Below are positions 11,866 through 25,021 of a stretch of DNA of 64,000 nucleotides, one piece after another. Position 1 is the first letter of the stretch. Each line of letters opens with the position of its first letter. Made by a program: the position numbers and the translations under genes. The stretch is from Massalongia carnosa (lineage: Eukaryota), in NCBI GenBank assembly GCA_965645245.1, contig OZ287069.1:310001-374000 (forward strand), read 5' to 3'. The notes beneath the pieces were generated by a model, which ran no database searches, was not told the DNA's origin, and saw only the letters and a program-made list of their open reading frames with translations.

Positions 11866-12647
11866 CTGTGTTTATTTTGGGATTGGGTAGGGGGTGTGGC
11901 GATGGGATTTTTGTGAGATGGTGGGCAGATCCGATGATTGTCTTAGAGGAAATAATGAGCGAGTCAACTCAAGGATGTCACTCCAGACCAACACCGCAGG
12001 ACGACAATAGATGAGTGGATAGGAATGATGAATGTGAAAGGTTTCACGAAAGTGACGATATGGAGTCAAGCTATGAAAGAGTGGTGAGGGGAAGTGATCC
12101 GAGTGAATGCTATGAACGGTGAGACGCAAAAGTGTTGAAGCAGTTGCGTGGGGTTGCTTTGTTAATTTACGTCTTACAGAAACAGAGAGTCCCAGGAGTA
12201 GACTGTCTTTATTTATCAATGTCAGCGACGAACTCACTCCTTCGGCCTTGTGAAGGTTGGCTCATCCTCTATTCTACTCGTTGGTTGCTTCTGCTTGCAG
12301 TTGAAAAGAAAAAATTGGGGGGAGGGGGGGGGGGCAGAAATGATTGCAAGCATTTTTGCTCACTGTTGGATGACGAGCAGCAAAATAAGCCGGGAAAATA
12401 TGGGTTGAGTACGCCGAGGACATGGAGGCGGTTGAATTTAGTTCAAAGCCTACCGCAATATAAAGTACATTGATTCGCGAGAGGCATTTCTCCACAGGAT
12501 TCAACCACCTAACCTTGTAAACAACTATTGTAAACAGCTCTTGTTCACCTGACCGAGAAAATTTCCTGACTTCTGAGCGACTTTGCCACCACAGACCTCA
12601 TTTGGATATGGAAAATAGCACAATCCTCCTCTTCTCGTGACATAACC

Positions 12648-14851
12648 TTAAACGGTCATCTCCTGCAAACTCACACGGTACGGTGGATCTTCATCCATCT
12701 TCGAAGTCTCTAAAACTTCCAACAGCTCAGGAATCATAGCTGATACCTCCTCTGCCGAAGTGCCCATAGTGCTGGAGATCAGCCTCTTGTAAGTTTCCCC
12801 TCTTTCACTCATGCCGGCCGTCTCGTGTGCATCGACCACAGCGGACGCTAGGGCCATTCGCTGCGATTGCAGTTCCGCAAGTTTTCGTGCTGCTCGTACC
12901 TTTTTGTCAATCTCACCCTGGTCTGTCGATCCCCCGTTGGTCTTCGTACGATCTTGATGAGCCAATGCAGGGAGATTAAGTTCTTCTGTTCGGACTTCCA
13001 TGTGCAAAGTTTTATGCTGTTGTTGTTCGAACAGACTTTCGTTGGTGGCTCGGAGTGCTTCTACCTCCTCCAGCAAGCTCTGATCATCTTCGTCGTCGTA
13101 GTGACCATTGTTTCTTAAGAGCGCATTGACCTGCTGCCGAACTTGATGCAGCTCTGATGATACATTTTGAAGTAAACGAGTTGCTTCGGACAGGTCAGTC
13201 TCTTTTTCCTGGAATCCCTCTTCAATGTCAAGAACGATTTGCATTGCTTTGTCTGGCAAAGCGGTGGAAAAAGAATCGCGAAACGACTGGGTAAATTGGG
13301 ATTCGGAATGCTGCGTGGCCGGAATGATCGGTATTATGGCGGATTTTTGGATTTTTGAAGGTCCATTGCCATTAGTAGGTACCAGTTTTCCCTGCACTGG
13401 AGACGAGGAAGCAAGAGCGGATTGATCGGTTTGCCCTATATGAGAATAGTGTAGAATCTGTTCCACCGTCTCACCTTTCACATTCGCTATATCCGCAGCC
13501 ACCCCACGGCTCAGCAAGATGCGAACACATTTCTTGGCGGCTTTCCGTGCCACAATATGCAATGCGGTATCACCTTTGTGGTCTTGAAGATTAAGAAAAT
13601 TGGAAAATTCCTGTGGCGTGGTAACCTCGGACAGTTTGGTCAACAGGACCTCAAGATAATAGCGGGCGCATTGCCTCTTGGAATGGCTAAGAGTGAGTGC
13701 CGCGGCATGATGAAAAACAGTGCCCCCGAAGTGGTCCTGCTCAAAGATTGTGGGTAGAAGTATGTCTACCAACTGAGGCATTGTATCCCTTTCATGGTTG
13801 TTGGTAAATATTACAGCTCGTATCAAGGGCGTTTCCCCTCGAATGTTGCGCACTCTCATCTCAGCCCCTAGTCCAATAAATGCGTTCACAATTGCTATGT
13901 CACCCATAGCAGCACCCCAATGCAAGGCGGTGTGATTTTGGTTATCAACATGTCGATTGATCTGAAATCCTGGAGGTGGGAGTGGCAAATCTACGTCATA
14001 ATTTGGAGCATCTGATCCGGATAACATGAAATAATCAAGAAGCCCATCGGCATATAGAACATCTTGTTGATCAGCATTCTCATAGTCCCGCTTTCGTTTA
14101 CGAGATCCCCCGAGGTGCTGCTGTCTCTGATACGAGTCATGCTCGTCAATGTTTGACTCCGAAGCGATAGATGAATACTCAATGTCGTCATCATCGGGAA
14201 GCTGAGGGCTGCTGTTCTGGAGCCTGTCGTCACCGAATTGACTGAAATGAGGAATCGCTTTGGGTTCTGTTTGTCAGCCACATGACTCCTTACGAAGAAG
14301 ACAGCTGCATACTATTCGGTTTCTTGGGACGAGCAGCAGGTTTAGGCGGGCCTCTCATTTTGTTTGAAGATGCGGTGGTATGCTTAGGTGCTTGTGGGGG
14401 GCTGACGGCGCCAGCCTGGAACTCGAAGAGGGGTCGAAGCTTCTCATATACGCCGTTACGTTCAGCAAGTTCTTTCCCTTTTTGCAGCGGAACCCATGTT
14501 CCTAACATTATTATAGATTAGCCTGCTTGGAAGATAGAATACTAGGATTCGAATATCCCACCTTGGAATTTTCCGTATCCTCCTTGAATCTTCTCATGCA
14601 AGTCTTTCTGTATTTCACGTTCCAGGATTCTGGTGCGTGATGCCTTCTGCTGTTCAGCTACCTTGAGAATATGCGTTGCATTGATCCAGTCATCTTGTCG
14701 GCGACGCATTACGAGCTCTGGTCCATTCTTGGTGTCGGCGATAAACTCAAATACCGGAACCTTAGGCATCCCCGTCAGTGGATTTTTTAGCAACACTAGG
14801 AGGTCTCCTTACGTTGCTGTAAGTTCCGGAATACACTTCATTGGATGCCAT
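12648..14851 (-). CDS. MBP1: MBF/SBF cell-cycle transcription factor (APSES/KilA-N domain + ankyrin repeats), Mbp1/Res2-like
   Basis: [38 protein letters not shown]...[17 protein letters not shown]; ankyrin motifs [29 protein letters not shown]; coiled-coil C-terminus. Confidence 0.9.
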
Positions 14852-16083
14852 GATGATTGTTGTCCTAATACAGTAGCTACTCACTACGCAGGTAGCTCAG
14901 ATCTGGTAATCAGACAACTCTTGCTATGTATGCTGAACAGATATGGACGACTAAAACCATACGGCGATGGACGACAGTTGACAAATTACCCACAAAGTTC
15001 ACACGGCGAAGATCAAACTCAGATTTAAAGATGATCATCACTTTGGAAGACGTGACTCTAAGTGGTTTCAGGGAATACGCGGATCCTTGACGTGGTGTCA
15101 TACCGCCGTTATCTCCGATATTGACGCTAATGCTAATTGGAATAGAATGTGATGCATCCACGCATCCAGTCTTAGGCCAAATTAAGAAGTCTCAGCATCC
15201 ACAAGATATCATCATGACGGCCAAGGAGACCCTTACCGAGACTGTCCACAATGTTCTCGGCACTGGCGAAAAGTCTGGTGGGTTCCATACCTGAGCTCAA
15301 TTCTTACCATTTCAATCTCGTCTAGAGAAACCGATTGGGCCCCCCAACCTAAACTAAACACCGTTGCTAACAATCTCCAAACCTCATGGTTACAGAGGTT
15401 GCCACAAGAGAGCACATGTCCGCAGCGCGTCTCCCACTAGCGTACCGTGATAGCTGCGCCAACCTTCTGATCCCGTTGAACCGATGTCGACACGAGGAAT
15501 ATTACCTTCCGTGGAAATGCGAAGTATGAGCCTCCATTCTCTACACTTTAAAGGACATGCAATTAAGCACCTTTCTTGATTAAAGACAGAGAGACACTCG
15601 TACGAGAAATGCCAGTATGAAGAATTCAAGAAGCGGGTTGCAATGATGGACGAATTGAGAGAAGCGAGGGGAGGGGCGCGGAGCAATTGAGAGATGCGCG
15701 GTGAGGATCGTGTATAATGTTTATACCAGTTCATAGCTATGGTGTAGTTGGTTGAGGCCTACCAGCGGTTGGTTGTCGAGGCGAGCATATTCACAGGCCT
15801 ACCAATTCAGAACTTGACCTTGGAGAGGCTGCTTTTTGGCGGAGAGGGGGCTCGGCAGCTGTAGGGCGGCAGCTGTAGGGTCTCCAGATTATACACCTAG
15901 CCGCCGAGAAAACCAGGATTTGCACTACACCTTACAGGTTTGCCTAGGTACAATACCCACGCATGAGTGACGGTCAAATTGCGAAGACGAAATTGCTTGA
16001 AATAAAAGGCTCTCCGGGTATATATCAAAGTCAAACACCTTGCTGATGCTTACGACACCAAATAGCCCACATAGCTATCCGAC

Positions 16084-17267
16084 CTAGTCTCCGGCCCCTT
16101 CTTCCACGTGCTTCAGTATCTCATAGCCATACTCATCTTCAGGCTTCTCGGGCTCCATACCCAACGCGTTCCGATATGACCGGACTTCGTTCTGCAATCC
16201 GGCCACGATTCGTAAAGGAACGTCGTCCTCTTCACATCTAATCTTGTAAGCTTCTCGCAACATCTCGACCGACCGCATGAATTTGGCATGCCAATCGTCC
16301 TTCTCAAGTCTTGCGGCTAAATGCGCATCCTTTTCATCTTGCAATAGTTTGTTGTAGTGCAACGATATCGAGGTTTTTTCAGCCTTATTGTTGAATGAGT
16401 AATTTCGAACCATTTCCACGATATTGCCCACTGCCGTCTCATACTCCCCTATGAGCTTGGTGTTTTCTTTTTGTTCCCGGATGATCACGCGGACCTTATT
16501 CTGCTCTCGAGCTAGCTGACGCTCTAGATTGACTATTCTTGCGGCTGGCGATAGGAGTCAGTATTTGTAGATTTTAATATCAATAAAGACGGAAACACCT
16601 GTAATCTCGGTGTTTGCCTCCTGTAATGACGGGTTTGCCCCATTGGCAGCTGCACGAGTCTAACATAGCGACACAACGTGAATTAGCAACTCAGTACAAC
16701 TACCAGAGTTCCAATGAGAAGGCCTTGCACATAAGTTCATGAAAGCGGTGATGAAGTCAAGCTCCAGGTCCTCAATTTACCACTGTGTACTCCTTGCGAT
16801 GCCTTAAAAAGTCACTTTCCCGATCCAAAAGTGCAAGCACTTACAGCCAACTCCTCTGCGCCGGACACAACTCCATGTGTTTTTTCCCTATTCTCCCTTA
16901 AGACCTCACTCAGCTCCACCACCTTCTGGTAGAGCATATTGACATCCATCTGCTGGCCCGCACTCATCGGCATGCCTAAATTCATGCCATTCATCCCCGC
17001 CCCATTGCCGTTGCTGTTAACTTGATGCGGCGGCTGCTGCTGCACCATTGGTGAAGGAGCAAGGCGCGGCACGCCTCCCATGTTGCTGGCCTGATTATTG
17101 CCCCCGACCGGTGATTCAAGGAAGTTAGGGTGTACGTTCGCATTTGAATTGGCATTATTTAGAGACATGATGGATTGAGCATTTGGGTCGAATGCCAGAG
17201 CAAGGTTGATGGCGATGCGGTCGCTGAAGCCCGGTGGAGAGGAGCTCATGGCGTTCATCTTTGCCAC
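16084..17267 (-). CDS. Conserved coiled-coil protein, candidate SIKE-like STRIPAK subunit (SCI1/SipB-like)
   Basis: Three exons give ...QQMDVNMLYQKVVELSEVLRENREKT...EELA/TRAAANGA.../ARIVNLERQL...REQKENTKLIGEYETAVGNIVEMVRNY. The gene is well supported; the family call is from recalled similarity only. Confidence 0.6.
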
Positions 17268-17719
17268 TGTGGCTTTTAGGGGTTGTAACTGTGGCTGAGG
17301 CTGGAGCTGAAGCTGGGATCATTGATTGGCTGATCGACGAAGCTGACCGTGCCTTTCCCTCGATATACTGTCATTCGTACTATTATTTTCTCTCATATTT
17401 CTGGGAAGGTGAATTTTCGTTCTGATGCTGTTTGCAGGAATGGGAGAGGAAAGTGAGTTAAACTCGTAATTCTCCGACCAACTTCCAGTGATACGTTCCT
17501 TTCTTCATCTCACATCCTGGATTAAGAAATTACTGCCTATTCACTCAACCACCAAATCACTCAAAAAATGTTTTGCTGCTTTAAGAAACCCTATTCCCTA
17601 TTTGCGAGGATAGGTTCTCCTGAGGCAAGTAATAACTTCTTGGTACATTCATACGTTATACTTCCTTGGCGGGTACGTATAAATCCTCTCATCATAGGTT
17701 TGTGTATGACTGTCTTCCT

Positions 17720-19700
17720 TGTCTGCCACCACGCTGCCACAAACTATACCCTGGACGGATTCAGAACCCGACTGCAATTTCTTTGAACAATTGCTTAAGA
17801 TAAGCAAAGTCCGCCTCAGATCTCTTTCTCTAATTGATACTGTTTTTGTCCATGAGATCCCACTATACCAAAGTCACTCAACCAAAGCCCGTAGCATTCA
17901 ATCCTTTGTCAAAAATTCTAATTTTTCAGGAAACGTACAAACAGAGGTTTTTGCAAGGAAGAAAAGGTCCTATGAATCTACTTTGCCTTCTTGCTTATGA
18001 AGTGATCCTCGTTCTTTTCTACAACCAGGCCAGAGATGGGAGCATCGTAGCAGCTGCTTATCTAACGCTGATCAGTCAAATGGCCCATTACGAAGTTTGC
18101 AAGCGTGCCGAGCTTGCCGAGCATATTTCAGCTACAGCATTCGCCTCAGATTGGTCCAGACTATACGGCATATCTGTGGTGTATTTTTTGGATTCCGAGT
18201 TATTTCGATATAACTAATCTAAGCCTGAAGAAAGAGACAGGTACTGAGTAAGATGAAAAGCTTAAATGTGGTACTAATCAAGGCGTACCGCGCCGGTAAT
18301 TATGTGTTGGTTTGGTTTGCTATTGAGCCTGTTAAGCTCAATGAAAATGCCTTCCAACTCGAGGCTAAGTAGGAAAACACCGCTTTTAAGGAAGCTTGGC
18401 CTAGTTGGGCAACCAAACTCAGTCTTTTTGAGAACTTGGTAATGAGGCAGAAAACTTCCGAGCTTAATATTGCTTGCTAAAGCGACATAAGCTAAGAATA
18501 TCAAGGCGTAAGCTAGTGCAGCTTGGACGATGAATAAAAGATAGTCTTTGAATACCCTTTTGCCAAATAGCTTGAGACAAGGAAGAATGGATCAATCACA
18601 ACAAGGCGAAGCAAGAGAGCGAGCAAAGGTAAGATAGAGAGCAACATACTATTATCAACTAACAACACTAGGAACCATAAAAACTTCGTAGTCAAAACCC
18701 CGATGAGAGCTGCTGTTGCATGAAATGATGTAGTAATGGGCCGTTGGCATCTTCCTGACCGTGTCCTGCCTAGAAAACGCAGCATTCTATTATCTCCATA
18801 GCTGTTTGCAGATATGTTGATTGGGGTTAACATTGTTTGCTTATTATGTTGTTGCCTATAAGTATTCAGTTTCTCAAATCTATTTTTTTCTGAAAAGTAA
18901 TAATGGGAGACCACCCTGGCCGCTGCCTTTTACCCAATGTGCCCAACTCAATCTTTCCCTGGGAAGGCTGTCGTCTCAAATCTTCCATTGCATCTGCTCT
19001 TAATGTATATTTCATCCGTTCTGCGACCTTGCAAAAGCGTGATGTACCAAATCTTCGTTTCTTTGATTCTCTCGAGCTGTTCCAACTTAGTTTCCAATGC
19101 TTCGGTTACACCATGCATTTACAAACACTCTTGGTTTCACCCCGTGATCATCGTTGGCATCATCCTCGTCCTGATATTTACCTGCCGCGCAGGAACCACC
19201 ACCTTTTACAGAAGTTGCTACCGCCGCTTCAGAAGTAGTAACAAGCCCTGCGCGGTATGGTGGAGTTTGAAATGGCCGAAAATGCACAAAACGACATCCT
19301 TTCCTGCGAGAATCAAAAATTTTTCGTCCGCCAGGTGATATGAAGTGGTCTGGGCGTTGGGCAAAGGCATCACCCCAATCAGCAACTGCCAAAGATCGTC
19401 CGACAAGAGAAATTAGATGGCCGGAAACAAGGAATGAGAATTGGGCATAATCTGGGACACTTGAACGGCACCTTTTAGACATCATCAGGGATACCTGCAA
19501 GGAGACCGAAGGAGAACCTCAGCTTCACTAAAATCAAGAAAGCTATGTTTAAAGGAGTGAATTGGCCAGGAACAGGGTCAAAGAAAGTTGCAATAAGCTC
19601 AAAGAGAGAATAACGCTCGAGAAGCGGAAACATATACGGAGGACGAAGAATATATAATTACCCCGTGGAGAAGTTGGACTCATTCATTGGAGCGGGTTCT
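17720..19700 (+). pseudogene. Highly eroded coding remnant, possibly protein-kinase-like
   Basis: AT-rich, fragmentary frames with weak kinase-like order (..ESNILLS.. near 18640, then LGLTLFAYY near 18825). Too decayed to assign. Confidence 0.2.
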
Positions 19701-19944
19701 TCAAGGTATTAATAACAGAAGACGGATGTCTTCATGTTTTCACGAATTGTAAGGGTCTTATGCAGAGTCATCTGTAGGCATAAACAAAAGCATAATAACG
19801 GGGTATGAAGATAACTTGCTCTATCAAAGGATGATCATCGTCGGGATTATCAGTTCTGTCTGGATTGCTATCCTTACCGGGTCTGGAAAATAGACCGCAA
19901 GCATAGGCAAAGATGATACACCTAGTTTGGAACGAATATATTAG

Positions 19945-20510
19945 GGGTCCCGCTATCCTACTACAGTTCGTACATTCCTCTTTACAATTCGTACACATCT
20001 TCCCTCGATCAATCAGAATTCAGGAATCGTTTCGTTCTAAAAATCAGAGTCTGATTTGCAAAGTGATTTTCAAACGCTTATAAATCGTTGTTTAATTCAC
20101 CTTGATTTATCTACTCTGAAACGTGATTAGCATGTCCGCCGAAACTTCTTTTATCAGTTCTTCTGTTCTCTGATCATTTACTTCTTGTCGCCCGTTATCT
20201 CTACCACCTCTATCATTTTTCCCTACCTCATTCGCCTCGTTCATCTCTTCCTCTTGCTCTTGTATCATTAAGGTTATCAGATGAAGAATAAAACTGATCA
20301 TCGGGAGGAGGGCAAAGATTCATGATTAAAGTGGTGGGGTTGATAAAAAGATAACAATAAAAAGAATGATGAAGATAACGGACTTTGTGAAACATTTAAG
20401 CTAGATCAAGTTTACTAACAATTCCTGAAGTTCTGATTGATCGAAGTCTTAGCTCCGAGTACCCGGGGGAAGTACGAATTGTAAAAGGGAGTGTACGGAT
20501 AACGGGACCC
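19945..20510. mobile_element. Non-autonomous TIR element (MITE), about 566 bp
   Basis: Imperfect ~90 bp TIRs (GGGTCCCGcTATCC...TTTACAATTCGTAC...TCGATCAATCAGAA versus its reverse complement at 20420-20510). Flanks TATATTAG/TATATTAA suggest an 8-bp TSD. Confidence 0.7.
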
Positions 20511-21380
20511 TATATTAAATACCTCACAAAGATGCGGTAGCGCTTTCATTCATGTTCCTTTGCCGTTGCTGCCACTTTTCATAATATATAGAACGATAAA
20601 AGGGCTCTGATTATCACTCGGTGAATCTGGTACTGCTAAAAACTAGCTCTTTTTTCACACATTTGCGGACGTTTAGATCTTCAAGTTCAAAATCAGTCAA
20701 AGAGATATAAAAACTAAAAACGGTAAAAACTCCTAAAATAAAATACCAGCGGTGAAGATTTTGCGTAGAGGAATCATAGTCTTGCAACTCGATGTTATCG
20801 CTGGCAAGCGAAAAAGTAGAAGGCGTGAAGTGGCATTGATACAGTGAGGATATGCATGAAATACATAATGACACATTTATCGAAACTTCCGTGGATAAAT
20901 GTAATCGATGGGCGATTTTCGGCTTTATAACATCACCAAATCAGACCATGGATTGTAGCACAGGTTGTGTCGAGCGAGAGGAGATGAAGTATGAAAAGGC
21001 TGTGAGGTGAAGGGATCATGGTCTTGTCTTAAGATGTTGACGAACGATTTACCTTGCGGGCCTATTAAATATAGAATCGTGTTGATGTCTTGAGAATTAC
21101 GTCTCGCTGATAGTTAGCTGTCACGTGTTGCTTCGAAAATACGAGTACGAGGGCAATTGCATCATCGCTTTCTATTGTTCTCCGCCGATTCTCTGACGTT
21201 GCAAAGTGCGTGCGATCCATATGTGCATTATGCCCGCATTGACCAGGTATTTTTGTATCGCAGTCATCGCTCCCACGATGTGGCCTTCAAGACTAGGTAC
21301 CTAGTTACTTGGGGTAGGGGAAATTTCAGCTTTTCCCTCTCTCAACCTCTCTTGCAACAGAAAATCCGTGAAAGGTAGAG

Positions 21381-22851
21381 ATGGCAAAATCCAGACCCTG
21401 GGGTATCGAATGGCGCTCCAGCACCCTCTTCATTGTCAGCACAGTGGCGATTGGCCTGTTTACGGACCTATTTCTCTACGGCTTGGTCGTTCCAATTTTG
21501 CCGTTCATGCTGCAAGATCGTGTTCATCTCCCGTTGGACCAGGTTCAAATTCATGTATCAGGCCTTTTAGCCGCCTATGCTGGAGCATCGGTGATATTTT
21601 CTCCTCTCGCTGGAGTCATTGCCGATCGAGGAGCGTCGCGCCAATTTCCCTTTCTTCTTGGATTGGCGGCGTTGCTCCTTGCCACTCTACTTCTCTTATT
21701 CGGACAGACAGTGGCTGTTCTTGTAGTTGCTCGTATCTTACAAGGCATAAGTGCTGCCGTAGTGTGGACGGTTGGTTTGGCACTCGTTCTTGATACAGTG
21801 GGGCCGGAGAACTTGGGAAAGACGATCGGTTCGGTACATCATAGAAGGGATAAACAAATTGTTTCTTTACCACTAATTTCTTTGCCAGATGTTTGGTTTC
21901 ATTTCAGTGGGAGAACTTGCGGCTCCAGTTCTCGGCGGTGTTCTATATGAAAAGGCTGGATATACCGGTGTCTTTGTCCTTGGGTGTGGGCTACTGGCTA
22001 TAGACTTCCTTATGCGACTGTTACTTATTGAGAAAAGAACCGCTGCCTCTTATAAGGGTGATAACCAGGCAGAAGCTGGACCAGGCCCCGAGGTTGCCGA
22101 CGAAGGTAGCGAGGAAGACTCCAACGCGAGTGAGGAAGATCCCCTGATTAGAAAGAAAGAGGAGCAGGCTTACAAGGTCCCGCCGAACCACCCGAAGTGG
22201 ATCAGGTCATTTCCGGTTATTTATTGTCTCAAGAATCCAGGGCTACTCTCAGCGTTTCTATTAACCGGGGTGCAGGCTACCCTTCTTTCAACCTTTGATG
22301 CTACGATTCCCACCGTAGCGCAACAGCTCTATAATTTCGAGTCTCTCAATGCGGGGCTCCTGTTCATTGCTTTGAGTGTCCCATACTTGGTACTCGGCCC
22401 GATTGCAGGATGGACCGTAGACCGCTATGGGACCAAACCAGCGGCGCTAATCGGATACTTATATCTTTTCCCTACGCTTATCCTCTTAAGACTTGTGCGT
22501 CCGGGCGGCACTTCCGAGGTCGTCAAGTATTGCGCTCTACTTGCGCTCTGTGGATTGGGATTGGGGGTGATAGGGGCTTCGCCGGTTGTCGAGGCGTCCA
22601 ATGTTGTCCAACGATATCATAAGGCGAATCCAACATTCTTCGGGCATCAAGGACCGTACGCCCAACTCTACGGTCTGAATTCAATGATATTTAGCGCTGG
22701 ACTGACCGTTGGACCGCTTGCTAGCGGCGCGTTAAAGGACAAGATAGGCTATGGTAACATGAATCTAGTGTTGGCAGGAGTCTGTCTTATTGTGGCGATT
22801 CTATCTTACATTTTCGTTGGAGGGAAACCTAGATTTTTGAAGAAATCATGA
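21381..22851 (+). CDS. MFS transporter (vesicular amine transporter-like), 2 exons
   Basis: WRSSTLFIVSTVAIGLFTDLFLYGLVVPILPFML, ARILQGISAAVVWTVGLALVLDTVG, PYAQLYGL; multiple TM helices; intron about 21833-21888. Confidence 0.92.
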
Positions 22852-23054
22852 TCTGATGAAGTCTCCGTGGAGGATTGGTTGCTCAGACCGATCCATCGTC
22901 AAGCATTTTAATTTTGGCATCCCTTAACGGAATGCTTTTTGCGGGCTTTTTCTTTAAATATAAATATATTAACTAAAGACGGGGGAGTACCTATTGATAA
23001 AGTCATTCTCGAACTTTTCATACCATGGCTGTCTCTCTTTCAACCCTTCAGCCG

Positions 23055-23753
23055 TCAATCCCTTTCCTCTAAAGTATCCGCCTCTACAAAGTCGAGGCTC
23101 CGCATCCCTTGGAAGCGGTAATTTTGGACATACTTCTCCCCAAATCTTCCGACCAGATTGTCATACGTCGTTTCCGGCTTCTCATTGCATAATCTACAAA
23201 ATGCATCTCGCACACCCTCTTTCATCCCCAGCCGTGGCACTTCATCTAACACCGCGTTATATTCTACCCGGGTAAGCAGCGCTCCCACGGCCTCAAAATC
23301 CGGTGTGCCGAAATCCGCATTTACCCCATGCAGCATGGCCACCACTTCCGGCTCTTTATACCACGCGATCGAGTCAGTTGTGTGCAGTGCAATGGCGTCC
23401 CATACCAACTGAATCCTTCGTAAATCCCACTCTTCGCTGCGGCCTTCCCGTTTCAGAAACGCTCTCGCCCCGTCCGCGCCATCGACCTCGAAGCGTCGGT
23501 CCGCGCTTAGAAAATCACCAGCCGCGGCCAGGCCAAGGTCATGCAGGATGGCGGCGATGGCGTGGGCTTCGCGGTCGCGGGAGTGGAGCGCAGGAAGTTT
23601 ATCGGCGATGATAAAACCGAAGAGGAAAGCGCGCATGGAATGGTTGAAGAGTGGAGGTGGGAGATAGGACTGTGCGAGGGAGAGAGCTGCGCTGACGAGG
23701 GGTGTGTCCGGAACGCAGACACTAGCGTATATGCGGCTGGGGAGAAGGGACAT
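23055..23753 (-). CDS. HD-domain metal-dependent hydrolase (cyanamide hydratase-like superfamily), intronless
   Basis: LFNHSMRAFLFG, AAILHDLG, RRFEVDGADGARAFL, VWDAIALHT, KPETTYDN motifs. Confidence 0.88.
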   Translation of the reverse strand: MSLLPSRIYASVCVPDTPLVSAALSLAQSYLPPPLFNHSMRAFLFGFIIADKLPALHSRDREAHAIAAILHDLGLAAAGDFLSADRRFEVDGADGARAFLKREGRSEEWDLRRIQLVWDAIALHTTDSIAWYKEPEVVAMLHGVNADFGTPDFEAVGALLTRVEYNAVLDEVPRLGMKEGVRDAFCRLCNEKPETTYDNLVGRFGEKYVQNYRFQGMRSLDFVEADTLEERD

Positions 23754-24462
23754 CTTAAGGGTTTGTGTTGTGAATTTCAGCTAAGATATGTAGAGCTAGG
23801 GATAGTTGGAAATGCTCCCCGGGTACAATCCGTACACTCAGCTACGGGTCATTCTAGGACTTCAAGTAGTTATGCGGTTGACTGAGTCATCCGATGAACC
23901 CCTCATGCTATGTATCTTTTTTATTATTTTTTATTATTAATTCATTAAGCGTATGCATCCTAAGGATATGACGCTGTGACTGCTATTTATGTGCATAACA
24001 ACAGTCAGGAAGTGGAAACCTGGCCCTCAGGATAAAACCACTCCTTTATTCCATATTGAACGCAACAAAACCGTTCTTCTACCACGCGGTGCATACACCC
24101 AGATCTTCAAGCGCTAGGAATCCTGTAGACTCGATGAACTAGACAGAGTATCTCCACACGTTCGACGAACGTTCTCTCTCTTTAACCGTTTTGACTCAAT
24201 GAAGGAAAGACTGGCCGTGATCGAGGGCAGATCGTGGTGTCGTATAAATGAAGATGTGAAAGTGTGGCCATTCCGAATGAATGGGCATTGTATGCCCTCG
24301 GAGTGGTGAATGATCAGTAGAGGCGTTGATCATTCAAACGGCCATCAAGGTGGGCTTCCGCGTTGGCGATAATCAGATATTGGCCACCTCCGAGGAGGTG
24401 TTGATAGCCTACACCACGTAGAGGTTTCTAACCTAGCAGGCCGTCCTATGTATCTTGGATCT

Positions 24463-24740
24463 TGTTGGAATAAAAGGGGCTGAGGGAGCTGCACTGAATC
24501 AATGAAAAGGCTGATATGCTGCGCTTGAAGCTCTACTAGTATAACTAAATTGAGCTGAGCTAACTGAACTATCTAAGAGAAAGGTGGGATTATTTACCCA
24601 ACCTTATCGTACGATAATAGCGGAATTATAGATTCCCATAGAATGTTCCATGCAATTGTAAGGTGAAGTCATATCGGGTAAGACAATTAACCTCGGTATA
24701 GTGGCAAAAGCAGATAACGCCAAAACAATATGAATCAACA
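24463..24740. mobile_element. Solo LTR, 278 bp (TGTTG...CAACA termini)
   Basis: Starts TGTTGGAAT, ends ATCAACA; flanks GATCT/GAGCT form a 5-bp TSD with one mismatch. Confidence 0.6.
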
Positions 24741-25021
24741 GAGCTTGATTCTGAGAAGATTTGTCTTACCTCTCCAACCAGCAATACCCCTTATGAAACT
24801 TTCCATCCCCTTATTTTTCTAGCGTCGACTACAAGACCATCTCTTAAACTGATGTTTGCCCTAAGAATTGATAAGAAGTTAGCGTAGCCCTAATCAACCA
24901 AATTAGGCTAGCTTTAGAGACTTGACATATTGAGAGATCATCAATATTTACCCGCTTTAGCGACTTCTATCCACCAGCGAAAGGGATACCCGCATGGTTT
25001 GACAGAAGAACCATTTACGTC

